Source of the DNA: Squalus acanthias
Lineage: Eukaryota
Reading direction: 5' to 3'
NCBI GenBank assembly: GCA_030390025.1
Contig: CM059431.1
Span: 114,082,001 to 114,146,000 of the forward strand
DNA length: 64,000 nucleotides
Made by a program: the position numbers and the translations under genes. Positions 1 to 13,465 of this stretch are shown piece after piece (the first letter of the stretch is position 1; each line of letters starts with the position of its first letter). The notes beneath the pieces are model-generated. The model had not been told where the DNA came from. It saw nothing but the letters and a program-made list of their open reading frames with translations, and made no database searches.

Positions 1-75
1 GAAAGAAAGATTTGTATTATATAGCACCTTCACAACTTCAGCACGTTACAGCCAATTAAGTACTTTTGAAATGTA

Positions 76-2643
76 GGCTGCGATTTCGCCATCGGAGGCG
101 GGATAGCGGCAGGAGAGGTCATTGGCGGGTCCTGGTCCCGCTCCCGGCTCCAGCCCCTCTGTGAAAAGGATTTTCCCCTAATTGGGCTTGTTAAGCCCGC
201 CCAGTGCGTTTTCCGGCCAATTAAAAGGAAGCGGGTCTGATGACGTCATTTGATGACACGTCATCAGCCGGTTTCCTTAAAGGGACCATGGCCACATTCA
301 TTTTGACAGATGTGCTGTCAGTGTTCTACAGCATTGAGGTGCTCCAAACACTGACAAGCACTGCACAGAGGTGCACGGCTGCACCCAGGCTCCCGCATGA
401 CTCTCTCCATATGCTTATGGAGGGAGTCACAGCACGCAGGGAGGTTCTCTTCCCTTCCAAGGGCGGAAGAGACCGCCCCAGGAGACCAACGCAGCCTGGT
501 TGTACATTGCACAGGAGGACACAAACAGGGATGGGGTCAGGAGGAGCAGGCTGCAGTGGCGCAAACCTTTTATTGATCTCAGTAGATCACGAAATGTTAC
601 TACAAATCCACATCCAACCTCATCCTGCTTTGCGACTCATCACATCCCCATCACTCTACCCTACTCCTGTACATCCTTACTCACACCAACTTACTTTGCA
701 CCTCCACCCATCCCTCTCTATCTACATTATCACTTCCCCATCTCAATAGCCACCCTTCACACTCACCCTCATCCTAGTGCAATCATACCAACTAACAACA
801 CAGAAGGGTAGGCCCTTGGGTGTTTTATGCAATGTTCATGTAAATTTTCTGTTAATGTGTTGTCAAACATTGAAATCTATATTTTCAACACTTTATCTTA
901 TTGGAAGGATCTGTGCTCTCCTTTGGAAGTGTCATAGTGAGTTCCAGTGAATGTTGAGACAGAGGCCCAGAAATTCCGTTCGCAGGCCTCCCGCGGGTGG
1001 AGGGCTGCGATCTGGAAAAATCTGCGCCTAGACCGGAGGGCTCCCGAGTTGCGTATAGTTCCGATCCTGGGCCTCTCCAAACTGCCGGTGCGCAGGGCCC
1101 ACGTATCCCAGAGGCGCAGGCGGTTCGCAGCGTCCCTGGGATCACGTTGGCCATGGGGAGCCAATCAGAGAAGGGAATCTCCCTTCATACATTTGACAGG
1201 AAGACCTGTCAAATATATGAATAGAGATCACCCCCAAAACGTAGTAAAATTTTAAATAAATTAAAAAAAAAAAATCACATTTTTAAAATAACTTTAAATT
1301 ACAATAAATTAAGTATTTTAAATAAAATTTTTATTTTTTTGAAAAAAATAATTAAAGTTTTTAACGGGGATAAAAATAAACTTACCTTTCTTTAAAGTAT
1401 TTTTAAATGATAAATCAGTGGAAAAATTGTTTTTTTAAACTTTTTTCAACTCTTATCCTGGTAAAAGCAGGCTTATGCCTGCTTTTACCAGGCGCAAGAA
1501 TTGTAAGTGTTTTCTGCGGGCGGAGGGTCTCCAAAAAACGGAACTCTCCACCCGCAGAGGCCCATCTCCCGGGTAGGCAGAGGATCTGTCAAGAGCTTTC
1601 TTGACAGATCGGAAATGCCGGTTTCCAGCGCATGCGCAGTGCATGCCTAAAACCGGCATTTCCGTTGGCCCTACGGGTGAGTACACAGTGCGTACACACC
1701 CGTAGGGATCGGAATTTCTGCCTCATAACTTTTCCCCCCTCCCCCCAATTGTGATGAGTGTGAAAGGAATGGCTTGGGCATTGTAGGGATGCTTTATGGT
1801 GCTGCTGTGGGGTGGTGTCAACCTGGCGCATCATGTGGCAGCCAGGGTGTACAGAATCAAGTGAAGTAAATCTGGCCATGGTGAGGCCATCCCTGGCCTC
1901 CCGGGCATCAATGTTGTCGGGTGCTGATGCCCTGTGTCCTGTGCAGCATCAGGTGATGCGGAGAAGGTTGGTGTTGTTGTTGGTGTGCCTGGTGTGTTGG
2001 TGTGCCTGGTGATGTTGGTGTGTCTGGTGATGTTGGTGTTGGGGCTGATCGTGGTGGGATTCTGAGGACCAAGGTGAGATTTTGTCAAAGGCACCGATGC
2101 TGCCGGAATAGATGGCAGCTGCAGTTGAGATGACAGAAGCGATCTGTCAATGGTGAGAGAGCTTGCTCCAAGGAGGTGACAGTGCATAGAGCATTTACTC
2201 CAAACACTTCCAAACTGCATACAGCTCAAAAGTGTCTTCCAAGTCCTGAAGGCTCAAGCTTCTGACATTGGAAAGTGAACAGCTGTGAAATGGTAGCTTT
2301 CATACCACTTTTGCAGCTGTCACCTATTCACAGCAATGGGGAGACATTCAGCACCCGACCTACTTACCTGATGGGATCTCCGAACGAAGTGAACCTCGTT
2401 AAAAATGTGGGAAAGTAGAAATAAATAGGCTGGCAAAATAGTAGTTAACAAGCGTTTAACAAGCATTTAACTATCTTAAATGCCTCCCCCGCCACTTGGT
2501 GTCGGGTCTGTTCTGAAATCGCAGACACGAAACTTACATGGAGCCGGGATCGGAGCGGGTTCCCACCCCGCTGTCAATCATTTCGATTTTGACAGCAAAC
2601 CAGCCTCCAAACCCGCACTCTGAGCATTGGCAAAATTCAGCCC
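76..2643 (+). mobile_element. Non-autonomous PIF/Harbinger DNA transposon with a decayed Myb/SANT exon
   Basis: Imperfect TIRs ggctgcgatttcgcc / ggcaaaattcagccc; 3-bp TSD GTA (73-75, 2644-2646). Frameshifted Myb/SANT-like peptide (APRLPHDSLHMLMEGVTARREVLFPS...LQWRKPFIDLSRS). Homologous to 17679-20804 and 35006-36743. Confidence 0.85.
964..1724. mobile_element. MITE nested in the Harbinger element
   Basis: TIRs ggcccagaaattccg / cggaatttctgcctc with an AT-rich core. It is absent from the homologous position in sister copies (gagac-ata-ac). The TSD is degenerate (aga/ata). Confidence 0.8.
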
Positions 2644-2973
2644 GTAGTCACTGTTGTAATGTCGGAAACACAGCATCCAATTTGTGCAGAGCAAGCTCCC
2701 ACCAACAGCAATCTGATAATGACCAGATAATCTGTTTTAGTGATGTTAGTTAAGGGATAAATATTAGACAGGAACACTGGGGAGAACTCCTCTGCTCTTC
2801 TTCAAAATAGTACCATGGGATCTTTTATGTCCACCTAAGAGGGCAGTTGGTGCCTCGGCTTAACGTCTCATCTGAAAGACGGCATCTCCGACAGTGCAGC
2901 GCTCCCTCAGTACTGCACTGGACTGTCAGCCTAGATTATGTGCTCAATTCTCAGGAGGGTGACTTGAACCCAC

Positions 2974-3004
<31 letters not shown>

Positions 3005-3152
3005 AACTGAGCCACGGCTGACACCCAAAAAGAAGCGTAGCTCCAGCCGATTGTGAGGGATCAGTGGCATGGCACAGTTGATTCTGCTGACTGGAGATGG
3101 CTGTTGACTAAAGGCTGCATTTTGCCCACTGAATAAAAAGTAAAAAGGTAAC

Positions 3153-5230
3153 GGCCGTGAAATTGGAACCTTTAGCTTGTGCCGTTAAGGCCGGTTTGGA
3201 AGAAAAAATGGCGGCTGCCTCGCTTCCACCTGCTTCTGGTGCGGAATACGGCGGCCGCCATTTTGGGCAGGTTGGCAGTGCTGCCGTTGCCTGCGCTTGC
3301 CGCACCTATTTAAATGATCCAGATTGTGATGTCAGTCGGCGTGCAATGCCTGCATTGATGCATGATCTGTGATTTTCGATGTTGCCACTCTTAATACTGC
3401 CCACTCCAAAGCACGCACGGAAGAACGTGCGTGCAACAGTACAACAGAGACGCTGCCAGCGCTTCTTAAATAAACACACACAACTTTCAGATAAGTTTAG
3501 ATTTTTTCTTTTGGACTAGTTTCTTTATATTTTATTGGTGCAATTCATTTAAAAAGTTGTTAAAGTGTGCACGGAGTGCTGCTGGACGTTTGCAAGGCAT
3601 TGGTTCTTAAAGGAAGGCCTCTAAGAACACCACTTGCTTCCAGTCCTATGGGCTCTAGTTGCAGCCCTCTTGGGCTGCAGCATCAGATGGAGATGGAACA
3701 GAGGCAGCAAAGGGGACAAGCTGCTCACAGAGGGAGGAGGAAGCAGAAGAGCAGGAAGCAGAAGAGGAAATAGCAGATGAGGAGGAAGTGGAAGGAAGGA
3801 GACAATCCAGACAGCCCCTTTCTGGCCGGGATATCCGGGATTGAATCATCTGCCTGTGGTATCAGTGACCACAACCCCAATTCCCCTTTCAGCATTTGTC
3901 GCACACCTTACCTTCCCTCTGTTACTGACCATCACAGTGTCCTCTTGGCCACAATGCTGAAATAAAAGCCATCACAAAGCAAACTTTCTGATCCAACTTT
4001 ATCCATATATGCATCCAATATTACATCAAAAAATCAACTGATCACCCTTGTGCATTCCCTTAGTGACTGTCTTGTGTGTGCCTTTGCCTATCCTACGGAT
4101 GTCACGCAGTGCTACCCCAGTGGCTGCAGCATGGCTGGTGGAAGGCTGCTGACTTTCAGTGGAAGACACTGCGGATGGCCTTGCAGGACGACCTTGAGGA
4201 GCTGGTGGCTGGGAATGTCAAATCGAGTGACGATGTTTCTTCTTCTTCTTCGTCACTCTCCTCTCCCTCTTCTTGGTCAACCACTAGCTGGGCAGGCTGG
4301 ATTTCTTGGGTGTCTGAAATGAGGAAGGCACAAGGGTAGGGAGGGGGATAAAGTAGAGGTGCATGCTTACACCATGTGCAGCTTGTAAATCATAAGAGAT
4401 TGTGGGATGAGGGGGAAGTGGGATGTGAGAAGAAGGATAAGGTAGGAGGATACCAGCATCTTGTATCCTTTCAGCCCTGCTGCTGGCCAAGGGTTCAGCC
4501 ATGCCCCTGCCAAGAATGGCCAGCACCGTCTCCTCCAAGGGGGTGAGGTGAAGCTAGGAATGTGAGGTGTGCCTCCTGTTTGGTAGAGATTGTTGGTAGA
4601 TGAGTGATGGCGGGGTTGGTCATGCATTGAGCAGTGTGTGAGGCCAGTGGTTCAGTTGGTAGAAGCTGCATTCACTGACCTTGACCACTCGTCTGAAGTC
4701 ATGTAACTTCTTTGGGCACTGGGGCCAGGTCCTGGCGGGGGGGGGGGGGGGGGGTGACGACACTGCTGGCAGTGACCGCCTCCGCAATCTGGTCCCACAT
4801 CCTTCTTTGTGGCGGGCCTCCTGGCCCCTGTGGGTAGAGGATCTCTCTTCCAGTGTTGACCCCCCTTCACAAAGCTGGAGTGCTGCGTCCGAGACCCTGC
4901 GTGCCCTTTCCCTGGCCTGTTGAGTCATTTGTATTAGTGCTGAAGCACTTTTAGCATTTTTGATCAGCAGAAGGCAGCTCAGCTTTACGAGCTGCAGACT
5001 CCCTTGAAGAGGAGCAGGCTAGGTTTAATAAAGCTAGCCTTGCTCCAGCGATACGAACTTCGGACCCCTGCTGAGCGCACAGCCTGTCAGCAGCGCGATC
5101 CGCGTTAGGCTGTGCGCTCCTTTCATGGTAATTAGCAGGAACACCAAAGTGATGTGCTGTCTGCGCTTATTTAAACCACGATGCGAGATATGCCCGCGCC
5201 CATTTTTTAACGTTATCGAATTTCACCCCC
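3153..5230. mobile_element. Internally deleted Harbinger element (transposase relic on +, Myb/SANT relic on -)
   Basis: TIRs ggccgtgaaatt / aatttcaccccc; TSD AAC on both sides (3150-3152, 5231-5233). Acidic transposase-like tail EEEAEEQEAEEEIADEEEVEGRRQSRQPLSGRDIRD on +. Frameshifted MTQQARERARRVSDAALQ...KKLHDFRRVVK on -. Confidence 0.8.
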
Positions 5231-6251
5231 AACATTTATATAAACTGTGTAAACTGTCAACTTTATCAGGATCAAAATGAAAAGTTATGGAATAGTTGCA
5301 GGTGGAATTCATCCTATGCATTTAGAGGAAGACACCGTCTCAGTGATGATTTTGACTCTTCATCCGTTTTTGCTAGCAAGCTTTTAATTTAAATGTTGAT
5401 TACATGTCTACATTTTGACAATCCACTAATTTTGGCTCCTTGGTTGCTGGTCCCAAAAAAGTTTACCTTTGTTTCTTGCCTGGCAAAAACTGAAGCTGAC
5501 CTTCGATAAAATGAGCGAGAAGGACCTCTGCTACGGAACCAGCGCTTCTGTGGCTATTTTGTGTCTGCCTTGTATTGAGCCAGCGCTGAGCAAAATCTAG
5601 GGCCAGATTTTCTTTTATATGGGTGATGTCATCATTAGTTTGACCAGACGGTATTTAATTAACAGGTAACCATATTCAACATAAAGACAGGTGAACCATT
5701 TTCATAGGGCATCGTAACTTAAATAAGTAAACCCTGTGATGAAAACTGAATTGAAAAATTAATACTAGTTCCATCTTAACTTTTGCATATTTTATGAAAT
5801 GTCTGGGCTCTTGGCATTGATTGTGTGATTGGCATTAGTCTGTTACATGTTTAATTTAGCTCGGACTATGAGTGTAGCAGTGTGCTATGGGACTTTATGC
5901 ACAAAATAAAAACAAATTCATCTGGCAGCCATGTACATCAATGGCATGAATTCTAACAGGTGCTTGATTAGGCATTTTATAAGTCAGGTTGAATAAATGT
6001 AATACTGGATTAAAAATTTAGATAAAGGCAGCCTGGTTGTAGAATGATTTGGCGTGCTGCATCAGGGACTGGAAGGTCTGTTCTGAATTCCAGGCTTGGT
6101 CGAGGTTTGGACTCAGCCCACCAACCCCCTATTCTAGGCATCAAACTTCCAATATTATTGGGCGCAGCAGAGAGAAGAGGCGAGCTGAAGTTCAGAGTGT
6201 GAGTGGCCTGTGAGTTCACCAAGAGGAGAAGGGAGGGTAAAAATGATAGAG

Positions 6252-6884
6252 TGTAGATTAAAGGTAACAGGTACTCATACTGTGAAAAAGTAACAATGCA
6301 AAGACAGCGGTGATGAGTCGATCTCTTGTGTTGCTCATGGGGAGTCAGTGGAAGAGGCCATGGGATAATTTGATCTGAGAGGGGGGGAGGGAAGTGAAAG
6401 GGTTATGGGACAGTGATGGTGAGAGGTGAGAAGGAAGAGGAGGGGGAGGGGTGAAGAAGAGTGGGACAGAGAGGAAGAGTAGGGCGTTGGGGTTGAGACG
6501 GGGGAGCAAGGACAGTGATACTTTACAGTGAGGCAGAGAGGGAGGAAGCATTTTCATTTCACTGAGGGGAGGGCTAAATTATTAAGCAGCCGATGGCAAG
6601 AAAGCAAGTGTGTCATTGGTGGGGGCGCAGTTGGACTGGCAAAATATTGATCGCTAATTGAACTGCTGCTACCAGGGAAGCAGCAAAGATGGGTCAGAAT
6701 ATCAAAACTGGCCGGGACTGCATAACTGTCTCAGTATGGAGCTCTGTGGGCTGGCAGAATGAGAGGAAATGGAGGATAAAAATAACAGAATGTAGATTAA
6801 AGGTAACAGGTACTCATACTGTGAAAAAGGAACAATGCAAAGACAGTGATGATGAGTCAATCTCTTGCTGTGTTGCTCATGGGG
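6252..6884 (+). repeat. Pair of ~92-bp direct repeats (6252-6342, 6791-6884)
   Basis: tgtagattaaaggtaacaggtactcatactgtgaaaaag...gttgctcatgggg occurs twice with few differences. Confidence 0.9.
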
Positions 6885-6970
6885 GGTCAAAGTCAAGAGC
6901 AGTATTCAGGTCAATCAGCGTAATGAGAGGAAATTGCAGATGCAAAGGTCTCTCCAACCGTGTTCATGAT

Positions 6971-7937
6971 GGTCCAGATTTTACTGAAAAAAATAGCAGC
7001 ATCTGAACGACACACGCCCTTATTAATGCACAAATCAGCAGCAACATGCAGCGAGGAAGAGATAGCCCGTGAATTGCGAATCACCACAAGTTGCTGGCCG
7101 ATTTGTGCTGCTCCGCCGCTAGCTTTGTGAAAACGGCATCTCACACTTAACCACCCCGTGATTTTCATGAAGTTACTGGATTTGCACATTAATTGCCTAT
7201 TAAATACGCCACAGAAAGTTAAGTCTAACAATTAACGGCGTAAGTACCTTTTTAATGACATGATAATTATTAATGACTGCCAATCAACCTTTCTTTCCCA
7301 GAAAGTAAACAACTTTGCTTGAAAGAAATGTTAAAACCTGAACGTTTAACTAATGGGGCATGCCGTGAGATGCCTTTTTTTTTAAGGCAATCCATGTACA
7401 CCTATTATTTGACCTGAGAAGAAAAGTGCAAAAGTGGCTTCTCGGAGCTTGAAGTGGCTTTCATCTTCTGGGTGCACAGCCCTAAAGTAGCATTTGGCCA
7501 TGCTACTGGGGAGCCTGGCCCTGCACAGGTTCTCACACTTGTAGTCATTAAATAGGGGTGGCTAGATAATCTGCCCTAAATTCACCAGCCAGGAGGGGTT
7601 CCCCCTGCCTCCCCGCCCCCCCCCTGACACACTTAGAAGAGGAATCTAGCTGCATCCATGGCCCCCTGTGTCACGGGACTGCTTTAAAATGTAAAAAAAA
7701 CTCCCTCCCTCCCAATCTTTGGGGTTCCAGGCTCCAGCTTAGGGAGTCCCTGCCCTTAGTCCTGCTCCCTTATATCAATGGCTTTGTAGGAGCAGGCCGA
7801 GGCTCCGCCCCTATAAAGCCATACAGGAAATTCACACTTTAGACCAGGAGCCGGCATAGGCATTTGCAACTGTTCAAGTGAACTCCCGCCTGACATAAAG
7901 CAGGAGACCACTGGGACAGCTGCACAATTTCAGGGCC
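6971..7937. mobile_element. Decayed Harbinger-type MITE fragments
   Basis: TIR-like ends ggtccagatttt and caatttcagggcc; boundaries are uncertain. Confidence 0.35.
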
Positions 7938-8082
7938 TAAGTATTCAATAAGGATATGTGTTTTTATAATAAATAGTAGTTTATGCCACCTGTTGTTTAA
8001 AAAAAAACTAATACCACTTTATGGAAAGATCCATCAGTACAAGGAACCTCTATAGGATCAGGCTTTGAAATAAGTAGCAAAG

Positions 8083-9220
8083 TTTTTTTTTATTCGTTCA
8101 TGGGATGTGGGCGTCGCTGGCAAGGCCAGCATTAATTGCCCATCCCTAATTGTCCTTGAGAAGGTGGTGGTGAGCCGCCTTCTTGAACTGCTGCAGTCTG
8201 TGTGGTGAAGGTACTCCCACAGTGCTGTTAGGGAGGGAGTTCCAGGATTTTGACCCAGCGACGATGAAGGAACGGCGATATATTTCCAAGTCAGGATGGT
8301 GTGTGACTTGGAGGGGAACTTGGAGGTGATGGTGTTCCCATGCTCCTGCTGCCCTTGTCCTTCTAGGTGGAAGAGGTCACAGGTTTGGGAGGTGCTGCCG
8401 AAGAAGCCTTGGCGAGTCGTTGCAGTGCATCTTGCAGATGGTATACACTGCAGCCACGGTACGCCAGTGGTGGAGGGAGTGAATGTTTAAGGAGGTGGAT
8501 GGGGTGCCAATCAAACGGGCTGCTTTGTCCTGGATGGTGTCGAGCTTCTTGAGTGTTGTTGGAGCTGCACTCATCCAGGCAAGTGGAGAGTATTCCATCA
8601 CACTCCTGACTTGTGCCTTGTAGATGGTGGAAAGGCTTTGGGGAGTCAGGAGGTGAGACACTCGCCACAGAATACCTAGCCTCTGACCTGCTCTTGTTGC
8701 CACAGTATTTATGTGGCTGGTCCAGTTAAGTTTCTGGTCAATGGTGACCCCCAGGATGTTGATGGTGGGGATTCGGTGATGGTAATGCCGTTGAATGTCA
8801 AGGGGCGGTGGTTGGACTCTCGCTTGTTGGAGATAGTCATTGCCTGGCACTTGTGTGGCGCGAATGTTACCTGCCACTTATCAGCCCAAGCCTGAACGTC
8901 GTCCAGGTCTTGTAGCATGTAGGCATGGACTGCTTTATTATCTATGCAGTCATCAGTGAACATCCCCAATTCTGACCTTATGTTGGAGGGAAGGTCATTG
9001 ATGAAGCAGCTGAAGATGGTTGGGTATAGGACACTGCTCTGAGGAACTCCTGCAGTGATGTCCTGGGGCTGTGATGATTGACCTTCAACCACCACAACCA
9101 TCTTCCTTTGTGCTAGGCATGACTCCAGCCAGTGGAGAGTTTTCCCCCTTATTCCCATTGACTTCAGTTTTACTCGGGCTCCTTGATGCCACACTCGGTC
9201 AAATGCTGCCTTGATGTCAC
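8083..9220 (-). mobile_element. 5'-truncated CR1-group (Crack/L2-like) LINE, RT C-terminus and 3' UTR
   Basis: ORFs 8709-9194 (GVPQSSVLYPTIFSCFINDL...MFTDD) and 8377-8877 (ILGVTIDQKLNW...), frameshifted; A-rich 3' end. Confidence 0.9.
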
Positions 9221-10877
9221 TCTCATCTCACCATAGTGGTACTCGAGGCTGCCCCAAAAATTACACAGCTGACCACCAAAGCTGGTCTGACTGGTAACTT
9301 CCCTGAGTTGTATGGAAGAGAGTGGCTGGTCATAGATTAGTGTAAAGACCGCACTTTAGGTCACTGTAGAACTGGAAAAACTAGTCACAGCTTGAATGGC
9401 GCACGCTCCACATGGTTTATCGCACATTTTGCAGAAGGACCCTTCTTTGCATATTTAAATTGATCCAACGCTGATTTCAGGCAGCTGCCAGGTCCGCCTA
9501 AAAACAGTGATGACCTTGCGCCCAGAAATTGGTGTACATGCGCCCATTTTATGGCCAGAAAATGGGCGAAACGTATCCCAATTTCTACCCCCTCCGGTGT
9601 GTCCACATAAGTATATCTGAATGTGCCCACGCCAAGTACCAGGATATCGGACCAGGTCCACCATGTAAATTGAGTTTGACATCCCTGGTGTAGATTGAAG
9701 AGACAGCTAATCCATTCAGCTACTGTATCCAGCCAACTTGCATACTATAATGCAGCATCTGTATGCCATTGGTGGAAGCCAATCTCCTAAATTGATATTT
9801 TTGGTACCTTGAACTCTCAGGAAATTCACTAACCTCTAGTTCCTCAGATTATGGGGAGAGAGACACTGAAGGGGTAATTCATGACCTCTGTGGCTGATAG
9901 GTTGCTTTTCTCTTTTTCAGATACAAGTGAAGATGGTCTTTTCTTTCACTGCAACATGTTAACCTCCATGTCCAGGTGTATGTGGTGTCCAGCCATCCTC
10001 CCCTTTCTCCTCTTCATCCTGCTTCTTGCCTCTAAGGATGGAAACTCATGGGGGTCATGTGTCTGAATTCCCAGTATGCAGTCCCAGCAGGCAAACCTCG
10101 GCACCAGGTGTGCACTTTCAGAAAATTACGTCTGTAAGGTCGATAGCTTCATCAAGACCATTAAGGCATGGTTTAAAATGTGGTCGGTTCATCTGTGCAG
10201 ATATGAAAATATGATTTTTGATCCTGTAGCTTCCATCTGATATGATAATATTGCAGTGTAAGAAAATAAACTATAGGGGTAACTTTCTTACTTTGTGCTC
10301 CAAGCTGAGATCCTTGCCCACCGGGGGATGCATATTGGAAATTTGGGCAAGCATTGAGCGTGACTTTGCATGAAGAATGCAAAGTCAGAAAATTGCCTCT
10401 TTCATATTTGTTTTATAGAATACAGATGAAAGTGGACAACAACTGTTACATTTTATACACAATTTTTACATTTATAAAATGATCTGTAATGTATTTTTGG
10501 CATCCATGTCATAGTAGCATAATTTAAATGTAGTCAACGTTGTCAAATGGTGACCAGCTTACGAATCTTATCTTTTATTGATAATATATTGAAAATTGTA
10601 CAAGTGCACATGGTTCATGTAATACTTTGGTGTCACACTTTTTGATGTTCTGAAATTTAAAAAAAAATCACAATTCTCGACTATCTAATCTCAACTGTAA
10701 CTATGCAGACTCATGAAAATTTTCCCGACCTGAAATCCAATCAATTGATTTGCTCCAAAACAAATTAAGATCCTTTCAGCTGCAATTTTTCCTCAGTAAA
10801 TAAAATATTTATTGTTAAAAATAAGAATTAGTAACATAATAAAATGCATAAAATTATGCATTTTATAATAACATGAT

Positions 10878-11095
10878 TGACATGAATCTTGTCATTCATG
10901 TATGAAGTAATACTGGGCGGCCTGCTGGTGGCGCTGTCCAGGGAGAGTATAAATACTCAGGCATGAGCCCAGCTTGCTTAGGAGATTCCTCAACAGGAAC
11001 TAGAGAAGGACACAACTAGATCTCCATGTTGAAAAACAGTTGATTAAAGCTTTGTTTAATGCTTAGACCAAGTGCCGAGTAGTTTTCTTACGTCA
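10878..11095 (+). mobile_element. Solo LTR (218 bp), copy A
   Basis: TGAC...GTCA termini, 5-bp TSD ATGAT (10873-10877, 11096-11100), internal TATAAATA and ATTAAA. Near-identical inverted copy at 53369-53597. Confidence 0.9.
10918..10936 (+). promoter_or_regulatory. CTCF-like motif within solo LTR A
   Basis: cggcctgctggtggcgctg resembles the CTCF consensus TGGCCACCAGGGGGCGCTA. Judged by eye, no PWM score. Confidence 0.55.
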
Positions 11096-11851
11096 ATGAT
11101 TACATTTAAAAAGTAAGTGTCTCTTTTGTATCTTTGAATAGCTTAATTTAGGTTTTTACTTGAAGTTCTCACGCCCCCCTCTTGTAACTGAGATTTTTCC
11201 CCAGGATTCCCAAAGTGATGGTGCAGGGTTGGGAGGATAGGTCATTACTAGAGCGGTTCTGACTATGGTCGGATAGTAAGAGCGGAACCAAGTGAAGGCA
11301 CTCCAACTGCGCTGGACAATGGAGGATAGGCATTGGAGGAGAATGGTGTGGTCAATGGTGCCAGAGACTGCAGGAGGACAAGGAAGGATAATGCACCATG
11401 GTTATAGTCAAAGAATGTCTTTCATGCCTGAGGAAATCTTCTTTACCTGTGCCAGCTGAACACCTAGAGAAATATAATATGTTTCAGTATATTAACAATA
11501 AGACCTCTTGAAACAGAACATGCATGAAAAGATATTTGTAGCGTGTTATACTGTTGTGCTCCTGGTGTGTGAAGGAGTGAATGAATGAGTGATTAAATAA
11601 GGAAACAGAACAAAAATGTAAAGAATGATACTAGCCATGAGCTTCAGAAAATCTTAGACTCTCTGTAGCTTCAATGCCCATAATCACTCAGCTTTCTCCT
11701 CATCAGCAGTTAAGGTTCACAGGTTGGCTGTACCCACTCCTGTCTGCATGAGTTTCATCCTGTTAAGTGCAACCTTCTCTTGTAAGCAAGTATGAAAGGA
11801 ACAGATGTTGGAAAGAGGAATATGAAGTAAGATGTTTGCCACCAAAGTGCC

Positions 11852-12250
11852 AAGAAAGACTTGCATTTATATAGCACCTTTCGCGACCACCAGATATCCC
11901 AAAGCACTTTACAGCCAATCAAGTACTTTTGAAGTGTAGTCACTGTTGTAATGTAGGAAACGCAGGCAGCCAATTTGCGCACAGCAAGCTCCCACAAACA
12001 GCAATGTGATAATGACCAGATAATCTGTTTTTTGTCATGTTGATTGAGGGATAAATATTGGCCAGGACACTGGGGATAACTCTCCTGCTCTTCTTCGAAA
12101 TAGTACCATGGGATATTTTACGTCCACCTGAGAGAGCAGACGGGACCTCGGTTTAATGTCTCATCCGAAAGACGGCACCTTCGACAGTGCAGCACTCCCT
12201 CAGTAGTGCACTGGAGTGTCAGCCTAGATTTTTTGCTCAAGTCTCTGGAG
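11852..12250 (-). mobile_element. Deu-SINE
   Basis: Matches the other copies; the 5' tRNA head is truncated. Confidence 0.9.
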
Positions 12251-12654
12251 CCTCGTCACCTTATGTAAATGTGTTAACATGGAGTATAGAGGAACTTTGT
12301 GCAGCTATTGTGCTTGGCTATTGTTAGTTGGATGAGTTATATTTCACACTGACAGTGCCATGGAAGAACATGAGCATACCTGTGCATTTAGAAAGGTGAA
12401 CAGCTGGCAAAGTACACTGCATTCTCCCCCTGTGATTGAACACCAAGTTCACATTGCAGGACAATAAAGATGTTTCAACTAAACTCCTCTATTGGTGAAA
12501 ATTCAACTAATAGCTCATTTGTTTTACAGTGCAGCTTGCAGAGGGAATTTGTTTTCAGAGTCTTTCATATAATATAAATGAGCCAGTATCCATGCCTCTA
12601 AAGGTAGGGAATACCGCCTTGCAATGTGGCTTAATTCCTGATTCTGGAACCGTA

Positions 12655-13465
12655 GGGCTGGATTTTGAAACTGGGGTCAGGTTGGTGTCGTGAATCACAC
12701 ACTCTGGCTTGTAAACCCGCCTCCATCGAGATGTGGCCAACCCACTGTATTTTCCCTTGATTGACCTTGTTGAGCCCGCCCAGTGGGCTCAGCAGGCCAA
12801 TTAAGGGCCACCTGGCAACAGGTGACGTCACAGATTGACAGATGAAATATCAGTGTTTGACAGCTCTGTGAAGCTGTCAAACACTGACAATATGATTTTT
12901 AACTTCAGTCCTTCCTCTCAAGCTGAGTTAGAAATCATTCCACCACAGAAAACAGAAGGCTGCAGTTTTTGACAGAACCATGGCTTTTCTGCTTCCTGTG
13001 CCGGTGAGATTTCTGACTCCCGAGAACTGAAGGGCTGACACCTGCAGGAGGAAGTTAAGGTAAGTAAAACTTTTTCCCACACTTAGCACTTACCTTACAC
13101 ACTTACCTCTGCACACATGCACCCATCACTCACCTGCCCACCGGACATATCGACCCCTGCAGACCCACGGTCCGCCCCGATAACTTGGTGTGGTTGCCAC
13201 CTGTCGAGAAGCCCACATTTCACCCTTTTAAATTAGGGATTATCCAAAAAACTGCCTGTTAACTACCTGTTAACAGGCAGTTAATTGTCACTAATCCCTT
13301 CCCGCCTCGGGGAGTCGGGTCTCAGCACAGGTCGGGTACCCACCGCCAGTGAAACTGGCATGGAGGCGGGTTGGAGGCGGGATGGGGTCGGGATCCCCGA
13401 ATCTGCAACTTTAACCCCCCACACGCCTCCAAACCTGACTCCACGGGTCGTTGAAAATCCAGCCC
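12655..13465. mobile_element. Harbinger MITE (811 bp), related to 55844-60806
   Basis: 12-bp perfect TIR gggctggatttt / aaaatccagccc. The subterminal sequences match both ends of the 55844-60806 element. Confidence 0.85.

Larger units (their letters stand above)
1..3019 (-). mobile_element. Deu-domain tRNA-derived SINE (SacSINE1-like), split by a Harbinger insertion (pieces 1-75 and 2644-3019)
   Basis: The tail at 1-75 continues exactly at 2644 (gaaatgta|gtagtcactgttg). The minus strand at ~3019-2960 has tRNA A/B boxes (gccgtggctcagttggtagc...gggttcaagtc). The body matches the other copies in the window. Confidence 0.9.

Noticed and set aside
2960..3019. tRNA-like sequences (also 24129-24195, 53180-53240)
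   Set aside because: They are SINE heads contiguous with the Deu body, not standalone tRNA genes.
9670..9690. hAT-like TIR (cagggatgtcaaactc on -)
   Set aside because: No partner TIR or 8-bp TSD found.
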